Part shown: piece by piece, positions 48,727 through 56,891 of the stretch
Position numbering within the stretch: the first letter of the stretch is position 1
How the letters are laid out: each line of letters begins with the position of its first letter
The notes under the pieces: generated by a model
What the model was told of the DNA's origin: nothing
Databases searched by the model: none
The model's input: only the letters and a program-made list of their open reading frames with translations
Translations under genes and position numbers: made by a program
Origin: Flavobacteriales bacterium
Lineage (GTDB): Bacteria; Bacteroidota; Bacteroidia; NS11-12g; UBA955
Direction: 5' to 3'
NCBI GenBank assembly: GCA_947463095.1
Contig: CANHRE010000004.1
Coordinates: 11,077-75,076, forward strand
Length of the DNA stretch: 64,000 bases

Positions 48727-50577
48727 ATGAGTAAAAATTTGAACCATAAAATAGATGCTGACGACAGAAGCATCAGCGAAATTCTGAAAGACCAGAAATT
48801 TACTATTGATTATTTTCAACGTGAATACCGCTGGCAGGAAAAGCATATCAAACTTTTAATTGAAGACCTGACCACTACGTTTCTTAAATCATATAGGGAA
48901 GGAGATAAGAGATCGGAAGTAGCCAATTATCAAAGCTATTATTTAGGCCCTGTGGTGTTTAGTGTGAACACAGAAAGCGGTAAGAAATCAATTATCGACG
49001 GACAGCAGCGCATTACTTCCATCACACTCCTGCTCATTTACCTGAATCATCTTCAAAAAGATCTTCCGCAGAAAGTAAACATCAGCGAACTCATTTTTTC
49101 TGAAAAATATGGCGAAAAATCCTTCAACATGAGTGATGAAGCCAGAGAAGAGTGCTTGAAAGCACTTTTTGAAGCAGGGGCATACGAACCAACGGAAAAA
49201 GATGATGAAACAGTGCGTAACATGGTTGAACGTTATGAGGATATTGATGCTGTTTTCCCTGAAGAAATTAACGAACATGCACTTCCATTTTTCATTGATT
49301 GGTTTGTTGAAAATGTAGTTATTGTTGAAATCATCGCTTATTCGGATGAGAATGCCTATACCATTTTTGAAACAATGAACGACAGGGGATTAAACCTGAC
49401 GCCAACAGAAATGCTGAAAGGGTATATTCTTTCCAAAATCACAGACAAAAAGCAGAGAACAGAAATCAATGACCTTTGGAAAGAAGAAATTCAAAATCTT
49501 CATGAATATGGTGAAACTACAGACCAAAGCTTTTTCCAAGCATGGTTCAGAGGTAAATATGCGGTGAGTATCAGACCTGGTAAAGCAGGTTCGGAAAATC
49601 AGGACTTTGAATTGATTGGTTCCCGTTTTCATAATTGGTTTAAAGACAATCATAAGTCTCTTTTTAAACTGACCACATCAGACGAGTTCTATACTTTTTT
49701 CAAAAATCAGTTCCCATTTTTTGTAAAGTGGTATATCGAAAGCTGGAAAAGTCAAACCACATATAACGCTGCAAATCCGCATTTGAATTACATTCGTCAT
49801 TGGGGTGTTGCCGAATCGCTTCAAGAACCTCTATTGCTCTCATCAATAAACTTTGGTGATGATGAAACCATCATCAGGAAAAAGTTAGACTTTGTTGCAC
49901 GATATATTGAAACCTTTACGGTTCGACGCAGCGTGAACTACCGTAAATTTGGTCAGACGGCAATTAAATACACCATGTTTAATGTCATCAAACTTATTAG
50001 AGACAATGACCTGAAAACATTAGGCTCAAACTTGGTAAATGAAGTGTCACAAATTGCAGAAACATGGGATGGGGTTTGGAGTTTTGGTCTTCACGGCATG
50101 AACAGAAAGTTTGTAAAACATCTTCTTTCAAGAATTTCAAGTTACGTGGACAATTTAGTCGGTAAGGACACAACCTATGTATCCTATCACCATCCATACG
50201 GCAAGCAGTTTGAGATTGAGCACATTTGGGCAAACAAGTTTGAAGAACATAAAGATGAGTTTGACCAGAAAAATGATTTTCAGGAATGGAGAAATTCAGT
50301 TGGTGCACTCGTGTTATTACCACAAGGCACCAATCAATCATTCAATGGCGATAAGTATGAAGACAAACTGGAAAATTATCTAAAGGAAAATACTTACGCA
50401 CAGACCTTGCATCCAAAGTATTACACGAAGAATCCTAATTTTTTGAAATCGGAAACAGTTCAACAACTCGGATTTAAAGAGCATTCGCAATTCAAGAAGA
50501 ATGATATAGGCGAAAGGCAAATATTAGTTCAACGAATCTGTGAGAAAATATGGTCTGAAGAATACTTCAATGTATAA
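48727..50577 (+). CDS. GmrSD-type DUF262/DUF1524 nuclease (type IV restriction / BrxU-like anti-phage protein)
   Basis: 616 aa. The N-terminal DUF262 (ParB-like NTPase) has DGQQRITSITLLLIYL. The C-terminal DUF1524 His-Me finger has …FEIEHIWANKF…NSVGALVLLPQGTNQSFNGDKYEDKL. GC content is about 36-38% against about 56% genome-wide. Confidence 0.8.
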   Translation: MSKNLNHKIDADDRSISEILKDQKFTIDYFQREYRWQEKHIKLLIEDLTTTFLKSYREGDKRSEVANYQSYYLGPVVFSVNTESGKKSIIDGQQRITSITLLLIYLNHLQKDLPQKVNISELIFSEKYGEKSFNMSDEAREECLKALFEAGAYEPTEKDDETVRNMVERYEDIDAVFPEEINEHALPFFIDWFVENVVIVEIIAYSDENAYTIFETMNDRGLNLTPTEMLKGYILSKITDKKQRTEINDLWKEEIQNLHEYGETTDQSFFQAWFRGKYAVSIRPGKAGSENQDFELIGSRFHNWFKDNHKSLFKLTTSDEFYTFFKNQFPFFVKWYIESWKSQTTYNAANPHLNYIRHWGVAESLQEPLLLSSINFGDDETIIRKKLDFVARYIETFTVRRSVNYRKFGQTAIKYTMFNVIKLIRDNDLKTLGSNLVNEVSQIAETWDGVWSFGLHGMNRKFVKHLLSRISSYVDNLVGKDTTYVSYHHPYGKQFEIEHIWANKFEEHKDEFDQKNDFQEWRNSVGALVLLPQGTNQSFNGDKYEDKLENYLKENTYAQTLHPKYYTKNPNFLKSETVQQLGFKEHSQFKKNDIGERQILVQRICEKIWSEEYFNV

Positions 50578-50694
50578 CAAAGAATTTTTGTAAAGACAGC
50601 CAACGCACAGGTGTAAGCATATTTGCAAGTGTAAGTCCCACCGAAAATCGGACTGGTCATAAGTTGGCAAAATAGCTAACTTAGAACCACGAAC

Positions 50695-50961
50695 ATGAAG
50701 AAGACCAAATTCACAGAAAGCCAGATCGTGAAAGCGATTAAGGAGGCTGAAAACGGCCGTTCAGTGTCGGACATCAGCCGGGAACTGGGCATCAACCCGC
50801 AGACTTTGTACAATTGGAAAAATAAGTACTCCGGTATGGACGGTGAACACCTGCGGCGACTTAAGGAACTGGAAGAGGAGAATCGTAAGCTGAAACACAT
50901 GTATGCCGAATTGGCCCTTGACAACAAGATGCTCAAGGATGTGCTGTCAAAAAAGTGGTAA
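50695..50961 (+). CDS. IS3-family transposase OrfA (HTH)
   Basis: 88 aa: MKKTKFTESQIVKAIKEAENGRSVSDISRELGINPQTLYNWKNKY…, then a leucine-zipper-like C-terminus. This is the typical IS3 OrfA. Confidence 0.85.
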   Translation: MKKTKFTESQIVKAIKEAENGRSVSDISRELGINPQTLYNWKNKYSGMDGEHLRRLKELEEENRKLKHMYAELALDNKMLKDVLSKKW

Positions 50962-51779
50962 GGCCTGCTGCCCGCAGAGAAATAGTAGCTTACCTGCAAG
51001 TATCCCATCAGGTAAGTGTCAGCAGAGCCTGTAAAGCAACCGGGATAAGGAAATCGGTCTATTATTACCGTTCCAGGAAGGACGACAGTGCTGTCATTGA
51101 CGCATTGAGCAACCTTGCCGAACTGAAACCATCCAGAGGCTTCCCTTATGACTTCAATCGCCTGCGCAATGAGGGCCATACCTGGAACCATAAGCGTGTG
51201 AAACGGGTCTATAACCTGATGAATCTGAACCTGAGAAGAAAGCATAGGCGCCGCTTACCCCAACGCGTAGGGGGCGCGTTGGAGCAAGCGCCGAGACCAA
51301 ACCAAACATGGAGTCTGGATTTCATGCATGATACATTAATGAACGGTCGCAAAGTGCGCATCCTGAATATCATAGACGACTACAACCGACAAGCTCTGGC
51401 TATGGACGTTGATTACTCCCATTCGGGAATGAGCGTTTGCAGGGCTCTTGAAAGACTCTTCGCCGAACAAGGCCTTCCTGCTGAGTTACGGTCTGACAAT
51501 GGCCCGGAATTCTTTTCTGGAACCTATACCGACTTCTGTGAGAAACATCAAATCAAGATCCGGTACATCAAGCCAGGAAAGCCTATGCAAAACGGCTTTG
51601 TAGAACGGTTTAACCGCAGTTACAGGGAAGATATCCTGGACGCATACCTGTTTACGAATATTGAAGAATTACGTGATCTCACCTGGCAGTTTCAACAAGA
51701 CTACAATCAAAACCACCCACATCAAGCGCTGAATAACTTAAGCCCCATTGCCTTTCTCAAACTAAACAACCATCTTTGA
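50955..51779 (+). CDS. IS3-family transposase OrfB (DDE integrase-like catalytic domain), expressed by -1 frameshift from OrfA
   Basis: rve-type domain: …WSLDFMHDTL…LRSDNGPEF…YIKPGKPMQNGFVERFNRSYREDIL (DD(35)E). It overlaps OrfA at the AAAAAAG site (50949-50955). Confidence 0.85.
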   Translation: MVRPAARREIVAYLQVSHQVSVSRACKATGIRKSVYYYRSRKDDSAVIDALSNLAELKPSRGFPYDFNRLRNEGHTWNHKRVKRVYNLMNLNLRRKHRRRLPQRVGGALEQAPRPNQTWSLDFMHDTLMNGRKVRILNIIDDYNRQALAMDVDYSHSGMSVCRALERLFAEQGLPAELRSDNGPEFFSGTYTDFCEKHQIKIRYIKPGKPMQNGFVERFNRSYREDILDAYLFTNIEELRDLTWQFQQDYNQNHPHQALNNLSPIAFLKLNNHL

Positions 51780-51816
51780 CTTCCAACTTATTACCGGTTC
51801 GAAAAACGGGGTACCT

Positions 51817-52245
51817 TCATTAAACTTTTAGTTGGCAAACCAATAGACGAAAGCATTTCAGTTGACGGTGCTTGGAATACATCAAATGGTGTTGTAGAGT
51901 ATCAGGGTGTTCACACAAAAACAAAGGAACTAATTTTTAAAGTCGGGCCATTAGAGGACGGGACAAATAACATAGTAGAGTTTTTAGGAATTGTTCATGC
52001 ACTTGCACATTGCAAAAAACACAATATCACTCTTCCAATTTATTCGGACAGTAGAAATGCAATCGGTTGGGTTCGTGACAAAGAAGCAAGAACAAACCAT
52101 GACCGTAGCGAAAGAAATACAAAACTTTTCGACATGTTGGACAGAGCAGTAAAATGGCTTAAAGAAAACGAATATGAGAACGAAATTCTCAAATGGGAAA
52201 CAAAAGCATGGGGAGAAAATCCTGCTGACTTTGGTCGAAAATAAT
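51817..52245 (+). pseudogene. RNase H-like (RNase HI fold) ORF with no usable start codon, abutting the IS3 right end
   Basis: The 142-codon frame FIKLLVGKPIDESISVDGAWNTSNGVVEYQGV…TNNIVEFLGIVHALAHCKKH…IYSDSRNAIGW…WETKAWGENPADF aligns with the RNase HI catalytic D-E-D-D positions. There is no ATG/GTG/TTG between the IS end and the first catalytic Asp. It is AT-rich, and its stop lies 40 nt upstream of the helicase start. Confidence 0.6.
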
Positions 52246-52285
52246 TTTGATATAACTATCTTGCACAAATAAAAATTAAACTCAA

Positions 52286-54469
52286 TTGACAACACCTAAA
52301 ACTGATTTAAGCGCTCTTAACGACAAACAAAGCGAAGCCGTTGTTAGTGACGAAAAACGCATTTTGGTTTTAGCTGGTGCAGGTTCTGGCAAAACAAAAA
52401 CCCTATTACAAAAAATCATTTACTTGATAGAAGAAAAAGGCGTAAGTCCTTCAAGTATTCTTGCTATTACATTTACCAAGAACGCAACTAACGAAATGAT
52501 TGACCGCTTAATTGTTTCGGCAGATACAACAGGGCAATATGAAACTTTGATGTCTGATAAGCATCTAAGCAAATTAGAGAAAGACAAAGAAAGATACAGC
52601 CAACAAAAAAAATATAAATGGATTGACGGTTTAACCGTCAGGACATTTCACAGCTTTTGTTACAGCATCTTACGGAATTATGGTGTAAACGAGTTTGATA
52701 ACAAGTTTAGAATTATAGGAGACGAAAAAAAGGACGAGGAAGACGAACTTGCAAAGCATGTTGCCCCCGAAACAGTTTTTGAAGTAGTCCACAAACTTTT
52801 AATTGAGCAATGCGAAGACACTTATTTTATGCTACAATTAAAACGCTATATTTTGGATTACGTTATAGACAAAATTCACCTCAAAAAAACAGATGGAAAA
52901 TATTTGCCGAAAGACGGCAAATATTTCACAACTCTTGATGGAACAAAAGTCCGTTCCAAATCGGAGCAGTTTATTGCTGATTGGTTTTACCGCCACAGCA
53001 TAAAGTATGAATATGAACCTTTACTAAATGTTAAGGACTTCCCATTTCATCCCGACTTTTTCATTCCAGAAGCGAACCTTTATATTGAACACTTAAGCGA
53101 TAAAAGCTATTCTACAAAGGACAAAGAAGAACAATTTCAAAAGGGAAATTTACTTTTAGTAAAGACATTTGAAAGCATGACAAAAGACTCTGCTTTGTTC
53201 AACCACACTCTGGACAGCGTTGTAAAGAACCGTTTGCCTGCAAATTATCACAAGACAGTTTCATTGACTTACAAAGAAGAATTTAATGGATATCATGAAA
53301 GTATAAAGGATTTCGTTACTCAAATCATACGAATTACAGACATGATAAAAGTTGAGAACACAGACCTGAAAAAAGTCCTAAATGATGCAAGACAAGACCA
53401 ACACGAAAGAGTGAGACATTTTTATGAATTAGCAATTCCAATAGTTGAAAAATATATTCATTACTGCATAGACAAATCTTATGTTGATTTTAATGATTTG
53501 ATTTCACGGAGCACTTCCCTATTTCAGAACCATGACGACATAGCCAACAAATACAAAAGCAAATATCAATACATTTTAGTAGATGAATTTCAAGACGTAA
53601 ATAACTTGCAAGTTGAGTTAATAAAACTTTTACTAACCGACCAAACTCAAATGTTTTGTGTTGGTGACGATTGGCAAAGTATTTACGGTTTCAGAGGTTC
53701 TAACGTGAGTTATATCGTTGACTTTGAAAATCATTTTCCAAATGCAAAAGTTGTCAAACTCAATTTGAATTATCGTAGCACTCAAAACATTGTTGGAGCA
53801 AGTAACGAAGTAATCAAACACAACAAGTTTAAAGTTGAAAAAGAAATTCACTCTTCAAAAAAATCTGAACATAAAATTGTTGTCTATTCAGGCAGCAGCG
53901 AAGATGAAAACATACAATTCTGTTTTGACAGAGTGAAAGAACTTTTAGATGAAGGACTGACAAACGATGATATTTTATTTCTCTACCGTAGAAGCAGAAT
54001 GTTTACTCCTTACTTCTTTCGTTTCAAAAACGAGGGAATAAAGGTTCATGGAAAAACAATTCATGCAGCTAAAGGACTTGAAGCAAAAGTTGTTTTCATA
54101 CTTGGCTTGTCAGAGGGAAACGGGGGTTTCCCAGACATTTGGTTGGAGGACAGAATTTTTCAAGTAATTAAAAAAGCAAATCACGATTTGCTAATAGAAG
54201 AAGAAAGGCGACTATTTTATGTTGCAATCACCAGAGCCAAAGACAAACTATTTTTAGTAACAGAGAAAGGAAACGAATCAAGTTTTTTAAAAGAGATACC
54301 AGCCATTTTCACAGTTCGGACAACTATACCAATTAAGTCAGTAGTAGAAAAAGTAATTACGTGCAAAAAGTGTTTTAGCCAACTTGAAAAACTTTGGATT
54401 GCTTGCCCATACTGCATGGAGAAAGTAACAGACGACACCAACGGACAAGAAAATGACATCAATATTTAA
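52286..54469 (+). CDS. UvrD/PcrA-like SF1 helicase with a Vsr/DUF559-like (restriction-endonuclease-fold) domain inserted between motifs Ia and II and a C-terminal Cys4 zinc ribbon; probable anti-phage helicase-nuclease
   Basis: 727 aa. Helicase motifs: I AGAGSGKT, Ia ILAITFTKNA, II YILVDEFQDVN, III VGDDWQSIYGFRGS, IV NYRST, VI YVAITRAKDKLFLV. The insert is …RSKSEQFIADWFYRHSIKYEYEPLLNVKDFPFHPDFFIPEANLYIEHLSDK…. The C-terminus reads CKKCFSQLEKLWIACPYC. GC content is about 35%. Confidence 0.7.
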   Translation: MTTPKTDLSALNDKQSEAVVSDEKRILVLAGAGSGKTKTLLQKIIYLIEEKGVSPSSILAITFTKNATNEMIDRLIVSADTTGQYETLMSDKHLSKLEKDKERYSQQKKYKWIDGLTVRTFHSFCYSILRNYGVNEFDNKFRIIGDEKKDEEDELAKHVAPETVFEVVHKLLIEQCEDTYFMLQLKRYILDYVIDKIHLKKTDGKYLPKDGKYFTTLDGTKVRSKSEQFIADWFYRHSIKYEYEPLLNVKDFPFHPDFFIPEANLYIEHLSDKSYSTKDKEEQFQKGNLLLVKTFESMTKDSALFNHTLDSVVKNRLPANYHKTVSLTYKEEFNGYHESIKDFVTQIIRITDMIKVENTDLKKVLNDARQDQHERVRHFYELAIPIVEKYIHYCIDKSYVDFNDLISRSTSLFQNHDDIANKYKSKYQYILVDEFQDVNNLQVELIKLLLTDQTQMFCVGDDWQSIYGFRGSNVSYIVDFENHFPNAKVVKLNLNYRSTQNIVGASNEVIKHNKFKVEKEIHSSKKSEHKIVVYSGSSEDENIQFCFDRVKELLDEGLTNDDILFLYRRSRMFTPYFFRFKNEGIKVHGKTIHAAKGLEAKVVFILGLSEGNGGFPDIWLEDRIFQVIKKANHDLLIEEERRLFYVAITRAKDKLFLVTEKGNESSFLKEIPAIFTVRTTIPIKSVVEKVITCKKCFSQLEKLWIACPYCMEKVTDDTNGQENDINI

Positions 54470-54726
54470 AGCAGCAGACCTTCGGACGGACAATAGCCCA
54501 GCACATAACATCTAGCGGTGTAGAAGCAACCCCGCCCCATAAAAAACCCTTCGACAGGATGATAGCAGAGGTCTTATCCATTTTCCATTCCCCCCAAAGG
54601 ATCGGCCTCAAATGATGGGAGGCGTTAAACGCCGCAAAAAGCCGCTAAATGCCAAGGAAGCTCCGAGCACGCGAGGAGATCGCCGCTGGCATTCGGCTGA
54701 TGGCAAGTGTGCGCCTTTCATCATTT

Positions 54727-54894
54727 GCAGCCTTGATTATTCTCTTACTTTTTCATCAAGGAAAAAGTAAGAGAAAAGAATAGAATATGTTTGATTCGGT
54801 GTGGGGGTAAAAATCGAAATCGTCAAAAACAGACTGCTAACCCCCAAATAATCTGCACACTAACTGTTCAATAAAAACGTTTTGGACAGCAGTG
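54727..54894. repeat. Modular structured intergenic repeat, copy C (inverted relative to copies A and B; hairpin module plus left-arm module only)
   Basis: The reverse complement of 54727-54894 aligns with 15867-16035. This covers CACTGCTGTCCAAAACGTTTTT(T)ATTGAACAGTTAGTGTGC…TTTTTACCCCC…ACCGAATCAA…TATTCTATTCTT…CTCTTACTTTTTCCTTGATGAAAAAGTAAG…AATCAAGGCTGC. The hairpin is perfect. Confidence 0.85.
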
Positions 54895-55127
54895 GTTCAT
54901 AATAATAAAGATATTCACTACAAACGAAGAAAATGAACACTATAACGTACTATAACAGCACTTGCCCAAAAGTGGCGGTTCAGTGCTCCGCAGACACATT
55001 TGTGTTTAATCAATTTTGGTTCTCCGCATCAATCCCTACATATCGGAATGGTGAAAATCGCCGCCTTCGCCAAGCCCGAAACCGTTAGTGGTCAGTTTAG
55101 GACAACACACTAAAAAGACAAGAAATT

Positions 55128-55700
55128 ATGACAAACGACTATTTAGACAGTGTAAAAAAACAATTTGAGTACTACAAAATGCTTGGCGACAAAACGTTTT
55201 CGCAATTACAGGATGACAAATTGTTTTGGCAATACAATGACGACAGCAACAGTATTGCGACAATTGTAAAACACATTTGGGGAAATATGCTTTCACGTTG
55301 GACAGACTTTTTAACTTCAGACGGAGAAAAAGAATTTCGTAACAGGGATGCAGAATTTGAAAACGACATGAAAAATAGAGAAGAACTTGTAGACAAGTGG
55401 AACGAAGGTTGGACTTGTCTTTTCAATGCAATCAACTCTTTGACAATGGACGACCTTGACACAATTATTTATATACGCAATCAGGGACACACTGTATACG
55501 AAGCAATAAATCGACAACTCGCACATTATCCTTATCACATTGGACAAATTGTATTTCTGGGTAAGATGCTTGCAGAAAATGGCTGGACTTCGCTATCAAT
55601 TCCAAAAGGAAATTCACAATCGTATAACAAAGACAAGTTTACAAAACCAAAACAAAGAGGACACTTTACAGACGAGTTTCTAAACGACAAGAAAGAATGA
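55128..55700 (+). CDS. DinB/YfiT-like (DUF1572) four-helix-bundle family protein
   Basis: 190 aa. …IATIVKHIWGNMLSRWTDFL… and …QLAHYPYHIGQIVFLGKML… match the DinB_2/DUF1572 pattern of metal-binding His residues on helices. GC content is low, like the rest of the island. Confidence 0.55.
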   Translation: MTNDYLDSVKKQFEYYKMLGDKTFSQLQDDKLFWQYNDDSNSIATIVKHIWGNMLSRWTDFLTSDGEKEFRNRDAEFENDMKNREELVDKWNEGWTCLFNAINSLTMDDLDTIIYIRNQGHTVYEAINRQLAHYPYHIGQIVFLGKMLAENGWTSLSIPKGNSQSYNKDKFTKPKQRGHFTDEFLNDKKE

Positions 55701-55817
55701 AAACCGAACCGCTAATATTTAGCGGAGTAGAAGCAACCACGCTCAAAAAAAATGAGCTAGAGCGTGTTACACGAATTGGGTCAATTTGAGCAAAAACCAC
55801 TAAACTTGACATAAACG

Positions 55818-56702
55818 ATGACAAAAAAACCATTTGACTGCGGGGCGTTCAAGAAGCCCCTCGCCAGACGATTGCAGGAGGGCAAGCGTTTGCCTGGTAA
55901 AATCGGGGCCCCGACGCCGTTGATGAAGGATTTTCCGGAGGAAGCACCGGTTGGTGAGCTGCTGTCTCCTATGGAGCCCTGTGAAGTGCTGAACCGGAAC
56001 AATGGGCCGCTTCTGTTGGGCAGCCGCGATGCAAAGGACTGGGTAAGCGATTCTTTTGTTAATAAAACAGAGACAATCATTCCAGGAGCATCAAGCAAAC
56101 ACAAGGCGGGTAGGGCTCGATTGTTGCGAGAACCAGATGCATTGCATGAACAAACTGCAAGCAGCATGGTAGGTGATGGAGCAGGTGGAGAAGCTTTTAC
56201 ACACTACATAGGTGAAGAATTTGGCGGTGGTGTGATTTTCCATTTATGGAACGATGCAGCAGGGGTTGAACATGGGTACATAGTAGATAAAGTGTTTTTA
56301 AGTACCAGCAATAGCCGGGCATGGAGCAACATTACGGATGAAGAAATTGGCCCTTCGGCTCAAAATAAATTGGGCGGCCTAAGCAACAGCAAAGCCATTG
56401 TGGCCCAGGATGGACATGTGCACAGCGCTGCCGCACTTTGTTTAAATTCAACCAACGGAGGGCAACGCGACTGGTATTTGCCATCAATCAATGAATTATG
56501 GCTTCTTTGGCCAAACCGTTTCCTTGTCAACGAAACCATTGCAAAAATTGGTGGCGCAGCCGTTCCGCTGATTCCGTCCTACCTCTGGAGCAGTACGGAG
56601 GACGACAACATCTGCGCTTATTACTTCTCCTTCTACCTTGGTTATGCCTCCATCAGCCATAAGCTCTACCCATATTATGTGCGTGCAGTTCGGGCTTTTT
56701 AA
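55818..56702 (+). CDS. DUF1566 (Lcl C-terminal domain) protein with an N-terminal extension of about 130 aa of unknown function
   Basis: 294 aa. The C-terminal domain has GGGVIFHLWNDAAGVEHGYIV and the hallmark RDWYLPSINELWLLW (the WRLPTxxEL motif of DUF1566). No signal peptide is evident at the annotated N-terminus. Confidence 0.55.
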   Translation: MTKKPFDCGAFKKPLARRLQEGKRLPGKIGAPTPLMKDFPEEAPVGELLSPMEPCEVLNRNNGPLLLGSRDAKDWVSDSFVNKTETIIPGASSKHKAGRARLLREPDALHEQTASSMVGDGAGGEAFTHYIGEEFGGGVIFHLWNDAAGVEHGYIVDKVFLSTSNSRAWSNITDEEIGPSAQNKLGGLSNSKAIVAQDGHVHSAAALCLNSTNGGQRDWYLPSINELWLLWPNRFLVNETIAKIGGAAVPLIPSYLWSSTEDDNICAYYFSFYLGYASISHKLYPYYVRAVRAF

Positions 56703-56856
56703 CCATCCAACTACAAAACGGGAGATACTCCGTTTTTCGAACCGGCCATGAGTGGAAACCCTATGGAGGAGCTTCAAGCACAGCAATGCCGTTTTGCGTA
56801 CTTATATCTATGTCCAGAATGCTTGCGTTCGTATTTGTCTGGCTTCATTAGTGGGC

Positions 56857-56889
56857 AAAAAAAAACCATCACATGGTGATGGTTTTTTT
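56857..56889. terminator. Rho-independent terminator shared by tRNA-Val (minus) and the DUF1566 gene (plus)
   Basis: AAAAAAAAA-CCATCACATGGTGATGG-TTTTTTT lies immediately 3' of the tRNA. Confidence 0.7.
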
Positions 56890-56891
56890 GG

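Larger units (their letters stand above)
50630..51820 (+). mobile_element. IS3-family insertion sequence (about 1.19 kb) with imperfect terminal inverted repeats of about 38 bp
   Basis: Left end TGTAAGTCCCACCGAAAATCGGACTGGTCATAAGTTGG…; the right end has the reverse complement TGAAGGTACCCCGTTTTTCGAACCGGTAATAAGTTGG…. OrfA and OrfB are in -1 register with an AAAAAAG slippery site. The flanks show no obvious 3-4 bp target-site duplication (AAG|…|TTA). Confidence 0.8.

Noticed and set aside
54533-54726. GC-richer 190-bp patch between the helicase and repeat copy C, considered as a small gene
   Set aside because: No ORF of 60 aa or more is present. Short frames lack start context, so it is left as unexplained non-coding sequence.
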